26,030 nucleotides of DNA from Methanosarcinales archaeon (GTDB lineage: Archaea > Halobacteriota > Syntropharchaeia > Alkanophagales > Methanospirareceae): positions 1-26,030 of the forward strand of contig JAODGV010000011.1 in the NCBI GenBank assembly GCA_025464425.1, written 5' to 3'. Positions 8,969 through 17,195 of the stretch are shown here, piece by piece. The notes beneath the pieces were generated by a model. That model ran no database searches. It worked only from the letters and a program-made list of their open reading frames with translations, and was not told where the DNA came from. Positions within the stretch are counted from its first letter, which is position 1. The number at the start of each line of letters is the position of its first letter. The position numbers and the translations under genes are program-made.

Positions 8969-10141
8969 TTACTCCCTTATCCCGATCAGCTCAGGCTTAT
9001 CCTCTCTCTCCTCACCCGCATTTACACGTTCCCGCGCACGTTTTATCATGTACCTGAATTCAGCAACAGAGATGTCCCTGCCGCCGAGCCCACCGATGAA
9101 GCCAATGACCGGCGGTCTCTCCACAAGATTATAAAGTGCAGACCGCACCTCTGAGCAGACAGGACCACCCATACCGAACGATATCGCCCTGTCCAGTACA
9201 ACAAGCAGTTCAATATCCTTTACCGCAGCTCTCAACTCAGCAAACGGAAAAGGACGCCAGAGCCGCAACCTTATGAGCCCCACCGCTTCTCCCGCATCCC
9301 GCATCTCATCAACCGCCAGCATGGCAGTCTCACTGAGGCTGCCCATGACCAGTAGCGCAATTCTTGCATCTTCCATCCTGTACAGTTCCACCGGTGAGTA
9401 ATAACGCCCAAATATACGCCCAAACTCTTCCCAGGTCTTCAATATCTTCTGCTTCGTCGCTTCAAAATCCACTTCCTGCGCCTTCTTCGTCTCTGGATAT
9501 ATAAAAGGTGGTGCATAACAGCCCATACTCACAGGCTTATCGGGATCCAAGACAAAAGGATGCTCATAATCGGGTATGAAATCCCGTACATCCTCTTCTG
9601 CCGGCAATTCCATATCCTCTATTACATGCGAGAGGTAGAAGCCGTCAATATGAACCATAGCGGGGAATAAAACCTCTTCTGCCATGCGATAAGCGCAAAC
9701 AGTGAGATCAAACGCCTGCTGGTTGTTCTCCGCAAACATCTGTATCCAGCCAATATCACGTAATGACATCGCATCCGAATGGTCACACCATACAGAAAGA
9801 GGAGCCGACAGCGCTCTGTTCGCCGCAACCGCAACAACAGGCAATCGCATCGAAGAGGGGATATAGAGCACCTCATGCATCAATTCCAGACCCTGACCCG
9901 CTGAGCATGTAAATACACGTGCACCCGCAGCAGAAGCACCCACACACGCACTCATCGCCGAATGCTCACTCTCCACACATATGAATTCCGCATCCAGCTC
10001 GCCGTTCGCAACCATCTCAGCCAGTCGCTCAACGATATGTGTCTGTGGCGTAATAGGATACGCGGCTATAACATCCGCATTCACCATCCTGACTGCTTCA
10101 GCAACAGCGAAAGAACCTTCCAGTCCCACTATCCTGCCCAT
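8969..10141 (-). CDS. porA: Pyruvate/2-oxoacid:ferredoxin oxidoreductase alpha subunit
   Basis: AAYPITPQT, VESEHSAMSA, ANRALSAP, HIDGFYLSH, LRLWRPFP and GGLGGRD motifs. ATG at 10141 preferred over the track's TTG at 10150. Confidence 0.9.
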   Translation of the reverse strand: MGRIVGLEGSFAVAEAVRMVNADVIAAYPITPQTHIVERLAEMVANGELDAEFICVESEHSAMSACVGASAAGARVFTCSAGQGLELMHEVLYIPSSMRLPVVAVAANRALSAPLSVWCDHSDAMSLRDIGWIQMFAENNQQAFDLTVCAYRMAEEVLFPAMVHIDGFYLSHVIEDMELPAEEDVRDFIPDYEHPFVLDPDKPVSMGCYAPPFIYPETKKAQEVDFEATKQKILKTWEEFGRIFGRYYSPVELYRMEDARIALLVMGSLSETAMLAVDEMRDAGEAVGLIRLRLWRPFPFAELRAAVKDIELLVVLDRAISFGMGGPVCSEVRSALYNLVERPPVIGFIGGLGGRDISVAEFRYMIKRARERVNAGEEREDKPELIGIRE

Positions 10142-10296
10142 CGTTATCAAATTAAAGATCGTGTCTTATAAAAAATAAGTTTCGATGATTTTGTATTAAT
10201 GTGATGAGTGGTGGGTGGCGCGCCGCTATGGAGCACGATATAGCACCATGACCAACCTTATTTATCAGTATGATATAATGTAACGAGATAAGAGGA

Positions 10297-10950
10297 ATGA
10301 AATTGAAAGTTATGTATGATAACGAAGCAGAAGGAGGTTTAGAGTCTGACTGGGGTTTTTCATGCCTGATAGAGGAAGGAGGCAGGAAACTGCTGTTTGA
10401 TACCGGCGCATCCGATTCGATACTGGCACGAAACATGGAGAAACTGGGTATAACGCGAGAAGAGATAGAGGTAATCGCACTTTCACATGAGCACTGGGAC
10501 CATATCGGCGGCTTAAATGCGGTATTACATCCTGATGTGGTGGTGTATGTCCCGACATCCTTCACTGCGGCGACAAAGAAGAAGCTCAGACGAAACGTGG
10601 CGGAGCTGAGGGAAGTATCCGGACCAGAGGAAATAATGGCGGGGATTCATACGACCGGTGAGCTTGGTGCGGGCATAAAGGAACAGTCACTGGTTCTCGA
10701 TACGCGAATTGGCGAGATGGTACTGACTGGCTGTGCACATCCGGGACTGGATACCATCATGGATGCAGCGCGTATATTTGGTGATATAGGCGGTGTGATG
10801 GGTGGTTTCCACGGCTTCGACAAGCTGGAACTGCTGAATGGGCTGGAGAAGATCATACCATGCCACTGTACAGTTCGCAAAACGGAGATACTGGAACGGT
10901 ATCCGGGGGTGGCGGTGAAGTGTGCAGCGGGGAAAGAAATAGAAGTTTGA
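10297..10950 (+). CDS. Metallo-beta-lactamase fold hydrolase, COG1237-like
   Basis: WGFSCLIE, LLFDTG, SHEHWDHIGG (HxHxDH), TGCAHPG, GGFH and PCHCT motifs. Confidence 0.87.
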   Translation: MKLKVMYDNEAEGGLESDWGFSCLIEEGGRKLLFDTGASDSILARNMEKLGITREEIEVIALSHEHWDHIGGLNAVLHPDVVVYVPTSFTAATKKKLRRNVAELREVSGPEEIMAGIHTTGELGAGIKEQSLVLDTRIGEMVLTGCAHPGLDTIMDAARIFGDIGGVMGGFHGFDKLELLNGLEKIIPCHCTVRKTEILERYPGVAVKCAAGKEIEV

Positions 10951-10967
10951 AGATCAATCTTTAAAGA

Positions 10968-11366
10968 TCAATAATCGGATTCCAGCCGGTTCTTAGCCCT
11001 GAGGTATACTGCTGGTATACCCTCCCGCTGCAACTTACGCCTGAGTCCCGCATCGTTCGTGAGAACCGCGGCATCTTTCTTCCGCGCCATGCTTATTATC
11101 TTATTATCGGTATCGCCACCAGCGGTATCCTGTGCTATAAGCACCTTGCGCTTACTCATGTACTCGCTCAGGATGCGATAGCCAAGTTCAGCTGCTCGCT
11201 TCGTCTTGCCTCTCCTGCGTCTCAGAGCATCGAGCTCCCTTAATACCGACTCGGGTATAATTATCTCGATATAGCCCATACGCTGGAGTTCATCGAAGAT
11301 ATCAACGCCAAAAGTGCCTGGAACGAGTAATGCGTTCGTGTCCACCACCACACTCTTCCTGTGCAA
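10968..11366 (-). CDS. PIN-domain nuclease, archaeal Fcf1/Utp24-like (COG1412-type)
   Basis: VVVDTNALL, IPESVLRELD, DTDNKII, VLTNDAGLRRKL and VYLR motifs. TTG start 3 nt after the crotonase stop. Confidence 0.85.
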   Translation of the reverse strand: MHRKSVVVDTNALLVPGTFGVDIFDELQRMGYIEIIIPESVLRELDALRRRRGKTKRAAELGYRILSEYMSKRKVLIAQDTAGGDTDNKIISMARKKDAAVLTNDAGLRRKLQREGIPAVYLRAKNRLESDY

Positions 11367-11369
11367 TTT

Positions 11370-12146
11370 TCAACCTTTGAATACCGGCTTTCGCTTATCT
11401 ATAAACGCCTGCAAACCTTCTTTCGCATCGTGAGTTGAGATAGCGGAGCCGAAACATTCCGATTCATAGCGCAATGCCCGTTCCAGATCCATCTCCAGCC
11501 CGTTATTCACCACGAGCTTTAATGTCCTCAGAGCAAGTCTGCTCTTCGTCCGTAACTTGTTGAGCACGGTATCAACAGCGGCATCAAGTTCTGCTACTGG
11601 TACCACCTGATTCACGAGTCGCAACATGAGTGCCTCTTTTGCATCTATCGGCTCGCCGGTCATGAGCATCTCAATCGCTTTCGTCCTGCCTACCAGCCGT
11701 GCGAGCCGCTGTGTACCGCCACCACCGGGAATGATGCCCAGATTGACCTCCGGCAGTCCGAATATCGAGCTATCAGAGGCTATTCGGAAGTCACATGCCA
11801 TTGCGAGCTCGAGACCACCACCGAGACAGAACCCATTTATTCGCGCTATCACCGGCTTGCTGAGCTGCTCCAGGTAACTTATGACACTATGTACCCAGAG
11901 TGACCAGTCACGTGCCCCGACAGGGCTCATATCCTTTAGCTCATGCACATCGGCACCTGCACAGAACGCACGGTCGCCCGCACCGGTTATTACTATCGCT
12001 CGTACCGACTCATCAGCTTCGATATCCGCCAGCAGGGCTCTTAATTGCCGCAATAGGGGTGTATTCAATGCATTGAGCGCATCCTCGCGGTTCAATGTTA
12101 TGGTCGCCACATCATCCCGCCTCTTATATAATACTTCTTTACCCAT
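11370..12146 (-). CDS. Enoyl-CoA hydratase/isomerase (crotonase) family protein
   Basis: ITLNREDALNALN, AFCAGADV, GGGLELAMACD and FGLPEVNLGIIPGGGGTQRL motifs; both catalytic Glu present. Start reassigned to ATG 12146 (258 aa), 5 nt after the DUF106 stop. Confidence 0.92.
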   Translation of the reverse strand: MGKEVLYKRRDDVATITLNREDALNALNTPLLRQLRALLADIEADESVRAIVITGAGDRAFCAGADVHELKDMSPVGARDWSLWVHSVISYLEQLSKPVIARINGFCLGGGLELAMACDFRIASDSSIFGLPEVNLGIIPGGGGTQRLARLVGRTKAIEMLMTGEPIDAKEALMLRLVNQVVPVAELDAAVDTVLNKLRTKSRLALRTLKLVVNNGLEMDLERALRYESECFGSAISTHDAKEGLQAFIDKRKPVFKG

Positions 12147-12151
12147 CTCAA

Positions 12152-12793
12152 TCACATCGCACTCCTTATACCCAGCAATCGCCTTATCACGACCGTCAAC
12201 GGGAATGAACATATCATGTACCAGAGTAACCAGTACGGTATTCTGAATACGAAGGAGTGTGTAAGGTCTTTAGCACCGATGAGCGGGAAGAGTGATATTT
12301 CCGAAGGTGCATAATCCCACATCCAGAAGAATATCGGGAGCGTGATGATCATGATATAAACCATCGGTTTCAATTGCTGCCGCATCAGTTCGCCGGAGAA
12401 TTGCGCCTGTCTGCTCATTATTTCAGCCCGCTTCTTCTCTATTCGCTTGAGTCTGTGCTTGTTATTCTCCCGCTTCGCTTCTAAATACTCCTTCTGTAGC
12501 TCTCTCAATCGTTTCTGAAACTCCTTCGACTTCTCCATCAGTTCCCAGTTCGTTGTGTATTTCTGTATCGTTGAGGTATAAAACCCTGTGAGAACCGCCA
12601 GGATAAGGACAGTGAGCATGAAATTACCGATGAAAGACGCAAACGGACCAAGAACATTATTCATGACCGAGCTTATATCATTACGATACATGATCGAGCC
12701 AAACATGACGAACAGTCCCAGACCCATAATCGCGCCATCTATGAGACTCTTCACCATCTCCTTCTTATTCGTTGTTTTGGTCTTCATCTGCAT
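12152..12793 (-). CDS. DUF106 / EMC3-TMCO1 (Oxa1 superfamily) membrane insertase-like protein
   Basis: TM1, a cytosolic coiled coil (MEKSKEFQKRLRELQKEYLEAKRENNKHRLKRI), QLKPMVYIMIITLPIFFWMW and the C-terminal WLLWYMICSF...RRLLG. Start is ATG 12793 or 12787. Confidence 0.85.
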   Translation of the reverse strand: MQMKTKTTNKKEMVKSLIDGAIMGLGLFVMFGSIMYRNDISSVMNNVLGPFASFIGNFMLTVLILAVLTGFYTSTIQKYTTNWELMEKSKEFQKRLRELQKEYLEAKRENNKHRLKRIEKKRAEIMSRQAQFSGELMRQQLKPMVYIMIITLPIFFWMWDYAPSEISLFPLIGAKDLTHSFVFRIPYWLLWYMICSFPLTVVIRRLLGIRSAM

Positions 12794-12852
12794 AAACAAT
12801 TGATTTATTTTTAGATAAGATTTTTTATTTGGCGCCCGGAATAATTTAAATT

Positions 12853-14541
12853 ATGAGTAGACCACTGATCGTGCAGAGCGACAAGACGATTCTGCTGGAG
12901 GTGGATAATCCCGAGTTTGAGGATGCCCGTGATGCTATAATACGGTTTGCTGAGCTCATTAAGAGTCCTGAGCATGTTCATACGTACAGAATAACCAATC
13001 TATCACTGTGGAACGCGGCAGCTACCGGCATGACCGCATCGGAGATTGTTGCAGCTCTGGAATCGTTCAGCCGATATGAAGTACCTGAGAATGTCATACG
13101 GGACATAGAGGATTACATATCGAGATACGGGCGATTGAAGCTGGAGAAGCATGCCGGAGCGGTTGTACTCAGGAGTGAGGATGAGATACTGCTGAAGGAG
13201 GTGACGAGGAACAAAGCGGTTCAGCGTTACCTCACGGGTGAGCAGATAGATGCTCGAACGGTGGTTGTGGAGCCGGGAGCGCGTGGTTACATAAAGAAGG
13301 CGCTTACTGATATCGGGTTTCCAGCGGAGGATCTCGTGGGGTATGTAGAAGGAGAATTCTTCCCGCTTCAGCTGCGTGAGACCACGAGAGCAGGACTGCC
13401 GTTCTCGCTGCGTAAGTACCAGAAGGAAGCGGTAGACGCGTTCTATGCAGGCGGCAGTGCAGCGGGTGGCAGTGGTGTTGTGGTACTGCCATGTGGAGCG
13501 GGCAAGACGATGGTGGGTATGGGGGTAATGGCGAAACTGGAGACCAATACGCTCATAATCACCACCAGCACGGTCGCTTCACGTCAGTGGCGGGATGAGC
13601 TGCTGGACAAGACTGACCTGGTGAGTGATGACATAGGCGAGTACAGTGGAGAGAAGAAGGAGATCAAGCCTATAACCATTGCCACGTATCAGATTCTAAC
13701 ATACAGACCGAGACGTAAAGGGCAGACTGATAACGCATATTACCCGCATTTCGCATTGTTTAACGAGCGGAACTGGGGTCTGATAATATATGATGAGGTG
13801 CATCTGCTGCCCGCGCCGGTATTCAGGATAACTGCGGAACTGCAGGCGAAGCGGCGATTGGGGCTGACCGCAACGCTTGTGCGAGAAGATGGCAGGGAGA
13901 AGGATGTATTCTCGCTCATCGGACCCAAGCGATACGATGCACCATGGAAGGAGTTAGAACAGCAGGGCTGGATCGCCGAAGCGATCTGTAACGAGATAAG
14001 GTTGGGTATGGACGATGAGCGCAGGCTGATGTACGCACTCGCATCAGACAGGAGTAAGTATCGAATTGCAGCGGAGAATCCACGTAAGCTGGAAGTGGCG
14101 AAGCAGATAGTGGAGTACCATCGTGCACGGGGTGATAAGATACTGGTGATAGGTATGTATATAGAGCAGTTAGAGCAGATAGCGAGGATGCTCAATGCAC
14201 CGCTTCTCACCGGTAAGACGCCGAATCGTGAGCGAGAGAAGCTTTATGACGATTTCAGAAACGGTAAGCTGGATACGATAGTGGTCTCCAAGGTAGCGAA
14301 CTTCGCAGTTAACCTCCCGGATGCAAATGTCGCGATACAGATCTCAGGTACATTTGGTTCACGTCAGGAGGAGGCGCAGCGGCTCGGTCGGATACTGAGA
14401 CCCAAAGCTGACGGGTCTCCCGCATTCTTCTACTCGCTTGTGAGTAAGGATACGAAGGATCAGGACTTCAGTGCCAGGCGGCAGTTGTTCCTGACCGAAC
14501 AGGGCTATCGGTATGTGATAACTGATACATTTGAGGTATAA
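12853..14541 (+). CDS. xpb: XPB/Rad25-family SF2 DNA helicase, bacterial-type with N-terminal Helicase_C_3-like domain
   Basis: PLIVQSDKTILLEVD...ELIKSPEHVHTYRIT N-terminus, Walker A LPCGAGKT, DEVH, GLTATLVRED (XPB RED motif), SKVAN and QRLGRILR. Confidence 0.92.
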   Translation: MSRPLIVQSDKTILLEVDNPEFEDARDAIIRFAELIKSPEHVHTYRITNLSLWNAAATGMTASEIVAALESFSRYEVPENVIRDIEDYISRYGRLKLEKHAGAVVLRSEDEILLKEVTRNKAVQRYLTGEQIDARTVVVEPGARGYIKKALTDIGFPAEDLVGYVEGEFFPLQLRETTRAGLPFSLRKYQKEAVDAFYAGGSAAGGSGVVVLPCGAGKTMVGMGVMAKLETNTLIITTSTVASRQWRDELLDKTDLVSDDIGEYSGEKKEIKPITIATYQILTYRPRRKGQTDNAYYPHFALFNERNWGLIIYDEVHLLPAPVFRITAELQAKRRLGLTATLVREDGREKDVFSLIGPKRYDAPWKELEQQGWIAEAICNEIRLGMDDERRLMYALASDRSKYRIAAENPRKLEVAKQIVEYHRARGDKILVIGMYIEQLEQIARMLNAPLLTGKTPNREREKLYDDFRNGKLDTIVVSKVANFAVNLPDANVAIQISGTFGSRQEEAQRLGRILRPKADGSPAFFYSLVSKDTKDQDFSARRQLFLTEQGYRYVITDTFEV

Positions 14542-17195
14542 TGGAGATAGAGCGAAAAGCCCCGTACAGGTATTACCCGCAGCCCGGCGAGGGGTTTGGT
14601 ATAGCCCGTGAAGTGCCGCGATGTGTATCAGCCTGTCCTGCGTGCTGCGATGTTCACGGGTATCTGCGGCTTGTGCGTGAGGGTAAGCACAGTGATGCGT
14701 ATTCGTTGATAATGGATACGATACCGTTTCCCGCAACCATCGGCAGGATATGTCATCATCCGTGCGAATTGAGCTGTCGGCGTGGTTATTTCGATGCGCC
14801 GGTATCTATTGCCGCGGTGAAGCGATTCGCGGGTGATTACGTGCATGCCCCCGGAACCATACAGAAAACCGACCGGAAACGTGTGGCAGTAATCGGTGCC
14901 GGACCCGCCGGACTCACCGCTGCTTTCCGGCTGGCATGTAAGGGCTATGAGGTGAAGGTCTATGAGAAACTGCCGATAGAAGGTGGCATGCTATTTGCCG
15001 GTATACCCCCGTACAGATTGCCAAAGGACGTATTGAAGGCTGAGATAGAGGCAATCAAGCAGTCCGGTATAGAGATAGAAACGGGTAAGGAGATAGATAA
15101 AGAGGAGTTTGAGCGGTTAAGGCGTGATTATGATGCCATATTCATCGCCACGGGTATGCATGAGAGCAGGCGACTGGGCGTGGAGGGAGAGCACCTGAGG
15201 GGAGTCATACATGGCATTGAGTTCCTCCGTGAGTTAAATCTGAATGGCAGTGTGCCTCATACCGGTAAGCGAGTGGCGGTGATAGGCGGTGGTAATGTGG
15301 CTATGGACGTTGCAAGAAGTCTGATTCGTATGGGTGCGGACGTGACCGTAGTCTATCGTAGGACACGAGCGGAGATGCCAGCCAGCGAGGAGGAGGTTCG
15401 AGAAGCGGAAGACGAGGGTGTGAAGTTCGTATTCCTGGCTACACCTGCGAGGATCATCGGCACAGAGAGAGTGGAGAAGCTGGAACTGGTCAGGATGAAA
15501 CTGGGTGCGCCCGATGAATCCGGCAGGAGGCACCCGATACCGATAAAAGGACTGCGATTCACCATGGATGTTGATATGGTGATACCGGCAATAGGGCAGA
15601 CCTCAAACCTCGAGTTCCTCGAGGGTAGCGGTGTTGATATAGAAAGAGACAGGATAAAAGTGGATGAGTCACGTGCAACAACAGCAGAGGGCATATTCGC
15701 AGGTGGCGATTGCGTTCATGGTGCTGCATTCGCCGTTGATGCAATTGCTGATGGTAATATCGCTGCGGAGTCAATAGACCGTTTTCTAAGTGGTGTAAAT
15801 GAACTGCAACGTCGTGTGAAGCACAAGCAGGAGGAACTCCCGGGTGAAGTGGAATACATACATGAGGAGTTGAGTCTCGAGCATGAGCTGGAATTGATAA
15901 CCCATGCAGGCAGGTGCGAGATACCGGAGATTGATATAGAGGAGCGTAAGAGCAGTTTCAAAGAGGTGAAGCAGTGCTTATCAGAGACTGAAGCTATTAA
16001 GGAAGCTGATAGATGTCTGAGCTGTCGTGGCTGTCTCCTCACCGTTAAGGATTTGAAAGCAGAGGTGAAAGACGCGGATGAGTACATAGCGAGACTGGTG
16101 CATCACACAGGTGTGAATAAATGTGCGGAATGCGGCGAGTGCACTGCTTCATGCCCGGTTGCCGCAATAGACATCGGGTTCTCGCCACGTAAACTCGCAG
16201 GCATCGCTATGATGGAGGATGTATCCAGACTGGCGTTAAGTGAAGGTATATGGTCATGTATCACCTGTGGCATATGTAATGCTGTATGCCCCTATGGTGT
16301 GGATTTCCTGGGGTTCATACAGGGTTTGAGGGTTCTGGCGGTCAGTCGTGGCAATGTACCGCACTACGCCATGCAGAAGCAGATGGAGGAGATGATAAGC
16401 AACACCGACAGGCTGAGCTGGCTTGAGGGTGCGCACGACCTGGAAGTTGCTTCGAGTGGCGAAGTCTATTATTTCTGTGGCTGCCTGTCATATCTCGACC
16501 GTGTATATAGCGACCGGAGGAATTTGAGATTGCTTGATATCGCACGCAGTGCGGTGAGACTGCTCAACCATGCCGGTATAGTGCCTGCGGTGAGCCGTGA
16601 AGAGAGGTGCTGCGGGCATGACCTGCTCTGGCTCGGTGATGAATCGGGCTTCAAAACGCTGATGAATGCAAATATAGAGGTGATAAGAGCGAGCGGGGCG
16701 AAGACCGTGGTATTCTCCTGTGCGGAATGCCTCAGGACTTTTGAAGTGGACTATCGCAGATTTTACGGTGACGACCTGGAGTTTGAACTCGTACACATCT
16801 CTGAGTTTTTGCGTGATAAGGCACTGAATCTGAAGGAATCGGAGCTCGTTATTACGTATCACGACCCGTGCCGGTTGCGACATCTCAGGCTGTATGAGCC
16901 ACCAAGGGCGATGCTCGCCCGTATACCGGGTCTGAAGCAGGTGGAGATGAGGCATAACAGTGAGCATGGGCTGTGTTGCGGTGTGAGCAGTTTGTTGAGC
17001 TGCAGCCCTGTGGCGAGAGCGATGCAGCGTGCAAGGCTGATAGAAGCAGAAGAGACAGGCGCATCAAAGCTCGTTGTTACATGCCCGAAATGCTGGATAC
17101 ATCTCGATTGCGCGATTGAGAATGATGTTGAAATGAAGGGTTACAGGCTGGAAATAGCGGATCTGACAGCTCTGATCGCGGCTCATATAAAGTAA
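14541..17195 (+). CDS. Fusion oxidoreductase: GltD/NfnB-like FAD/NAD(P)H module + HdrC-like 2x[4Fe-4S] + two CCG domains (HdrD/HdrB-like)
   Basis: Fer4_20-type Cys at C28/C32/C71/C75/C79. FAD motif GAGPAG; nucleotide motif GGGNVAMD followed by VYRR. RCLSC at 492-495. Two CxxCxxCxxxCP motifs (528-538, 573-583). CCG motifs C648-x41-CC-x35-CxxC and C777-x34-CC-x34-CxxC. SD GAGGT and a TAATG overlap with xpb. Confidence 0.9.
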   Translation: MEIERKAPYRYYPQPGEGFGIAREVPRCVSACPACCDVHGYLRLVREGKHSDAYSLIMDTIPFPATIGRICHHPCELSCRRGYFDAPVSIAAVKRFAGDYVHAPGTIQKTDRKRVAVIGAGPAGLTAAFRLACKGYEVKVYEKLPIEGGMLFAGIPPYRLPKDVLKAEIEAIKQSGIEIETGKEIDKEEFERLRRDYDAIFIATGMHESRRLGVEGEHLRGVIHGIEFLRELNLNGSVPHTGKRVAVIGGGNVAMDVARSLIRMGADVTVVYRRTRAEMPASEEEVREAEDEGVKFVFLATPARIIGTERVEKLELVRMKLGAPDESGRRHPIPIKGLRFTMDVDMVIPAIGQTSNLEFLEGSGVDIERDRIKVDESRATTAEGIFAGGDCVHGAAFAVDAIADGNIAAESIDRFLSGVNELQRRVKHKQEELPGEVEYIHEELSLEHELELITHAGRCEIPEIDIEERKSSFKEVKQCLSETEAIKEADRCLSCRGCLLTVKDLKAEVKDADEYIARLVHHTGVNKCAECGECTASCPVAAIDIGFSPRKLAGIAMMEDVSRLALSEGIWSCITCGICNAVCPYGVDFLGFIQGLRVLAVSRGNVPHYAMQKQMEEMISNTDRLSWLEGAHDLEVASSGEVYYFCGCLSYLDRVYSDRRNLRLLDIARSAVRLLNHAGIVPAVSREERCCGHDLLWLGDESGFKTLMNANIEVIRASGAKTVVFSCAECLRTFEVDYRRFYGDDLEFELVHISEFLRDKALNLKESELVITYHDPCRLRHLRLYEPPRAMLARIPGLKQVEMRHNSEHGLCCGVSSLLSCSPVARAMQRARLIEAEETGASKLVVTCPKCWIHLDCAIENDVEMKGYRLEIADLTALIAAHIK

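Noticed and set aside
10211-10220. GTGGGTGGCG is identical to a stretch of RNase P RNA P12
   Set aside because: It has the same sense as the RNA, so it cannot act as an antisense guide. A 10-nt match noticed after the fact is compatible with chance.
12147-12212. 22-aa extension of the crotonase; likewise 24644-24703 for Pth2 and 10142-10150 for PorA
   Set aside because: The extensions overlap the upstream gene or promoter DNA. Family homology begins at the downstream ATGs.
14541-17195. Calling the fusion hdrA, gltD, nfnB or dsrL outright
   Set aside because: It lacks the HdrA flavin domain, has no gltB/nfnA/dsr neighbours, and carries an HdrD module that none of these have. No gene symbol is justified.
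8034-17195. Selenocysteine or pyrrolysine read-through in the redox genes
   Set aside because: The Cys motifs are complete, with no in-frame TGA/TAG interrupting a domain, and no domain visibly continues past the stop codons.
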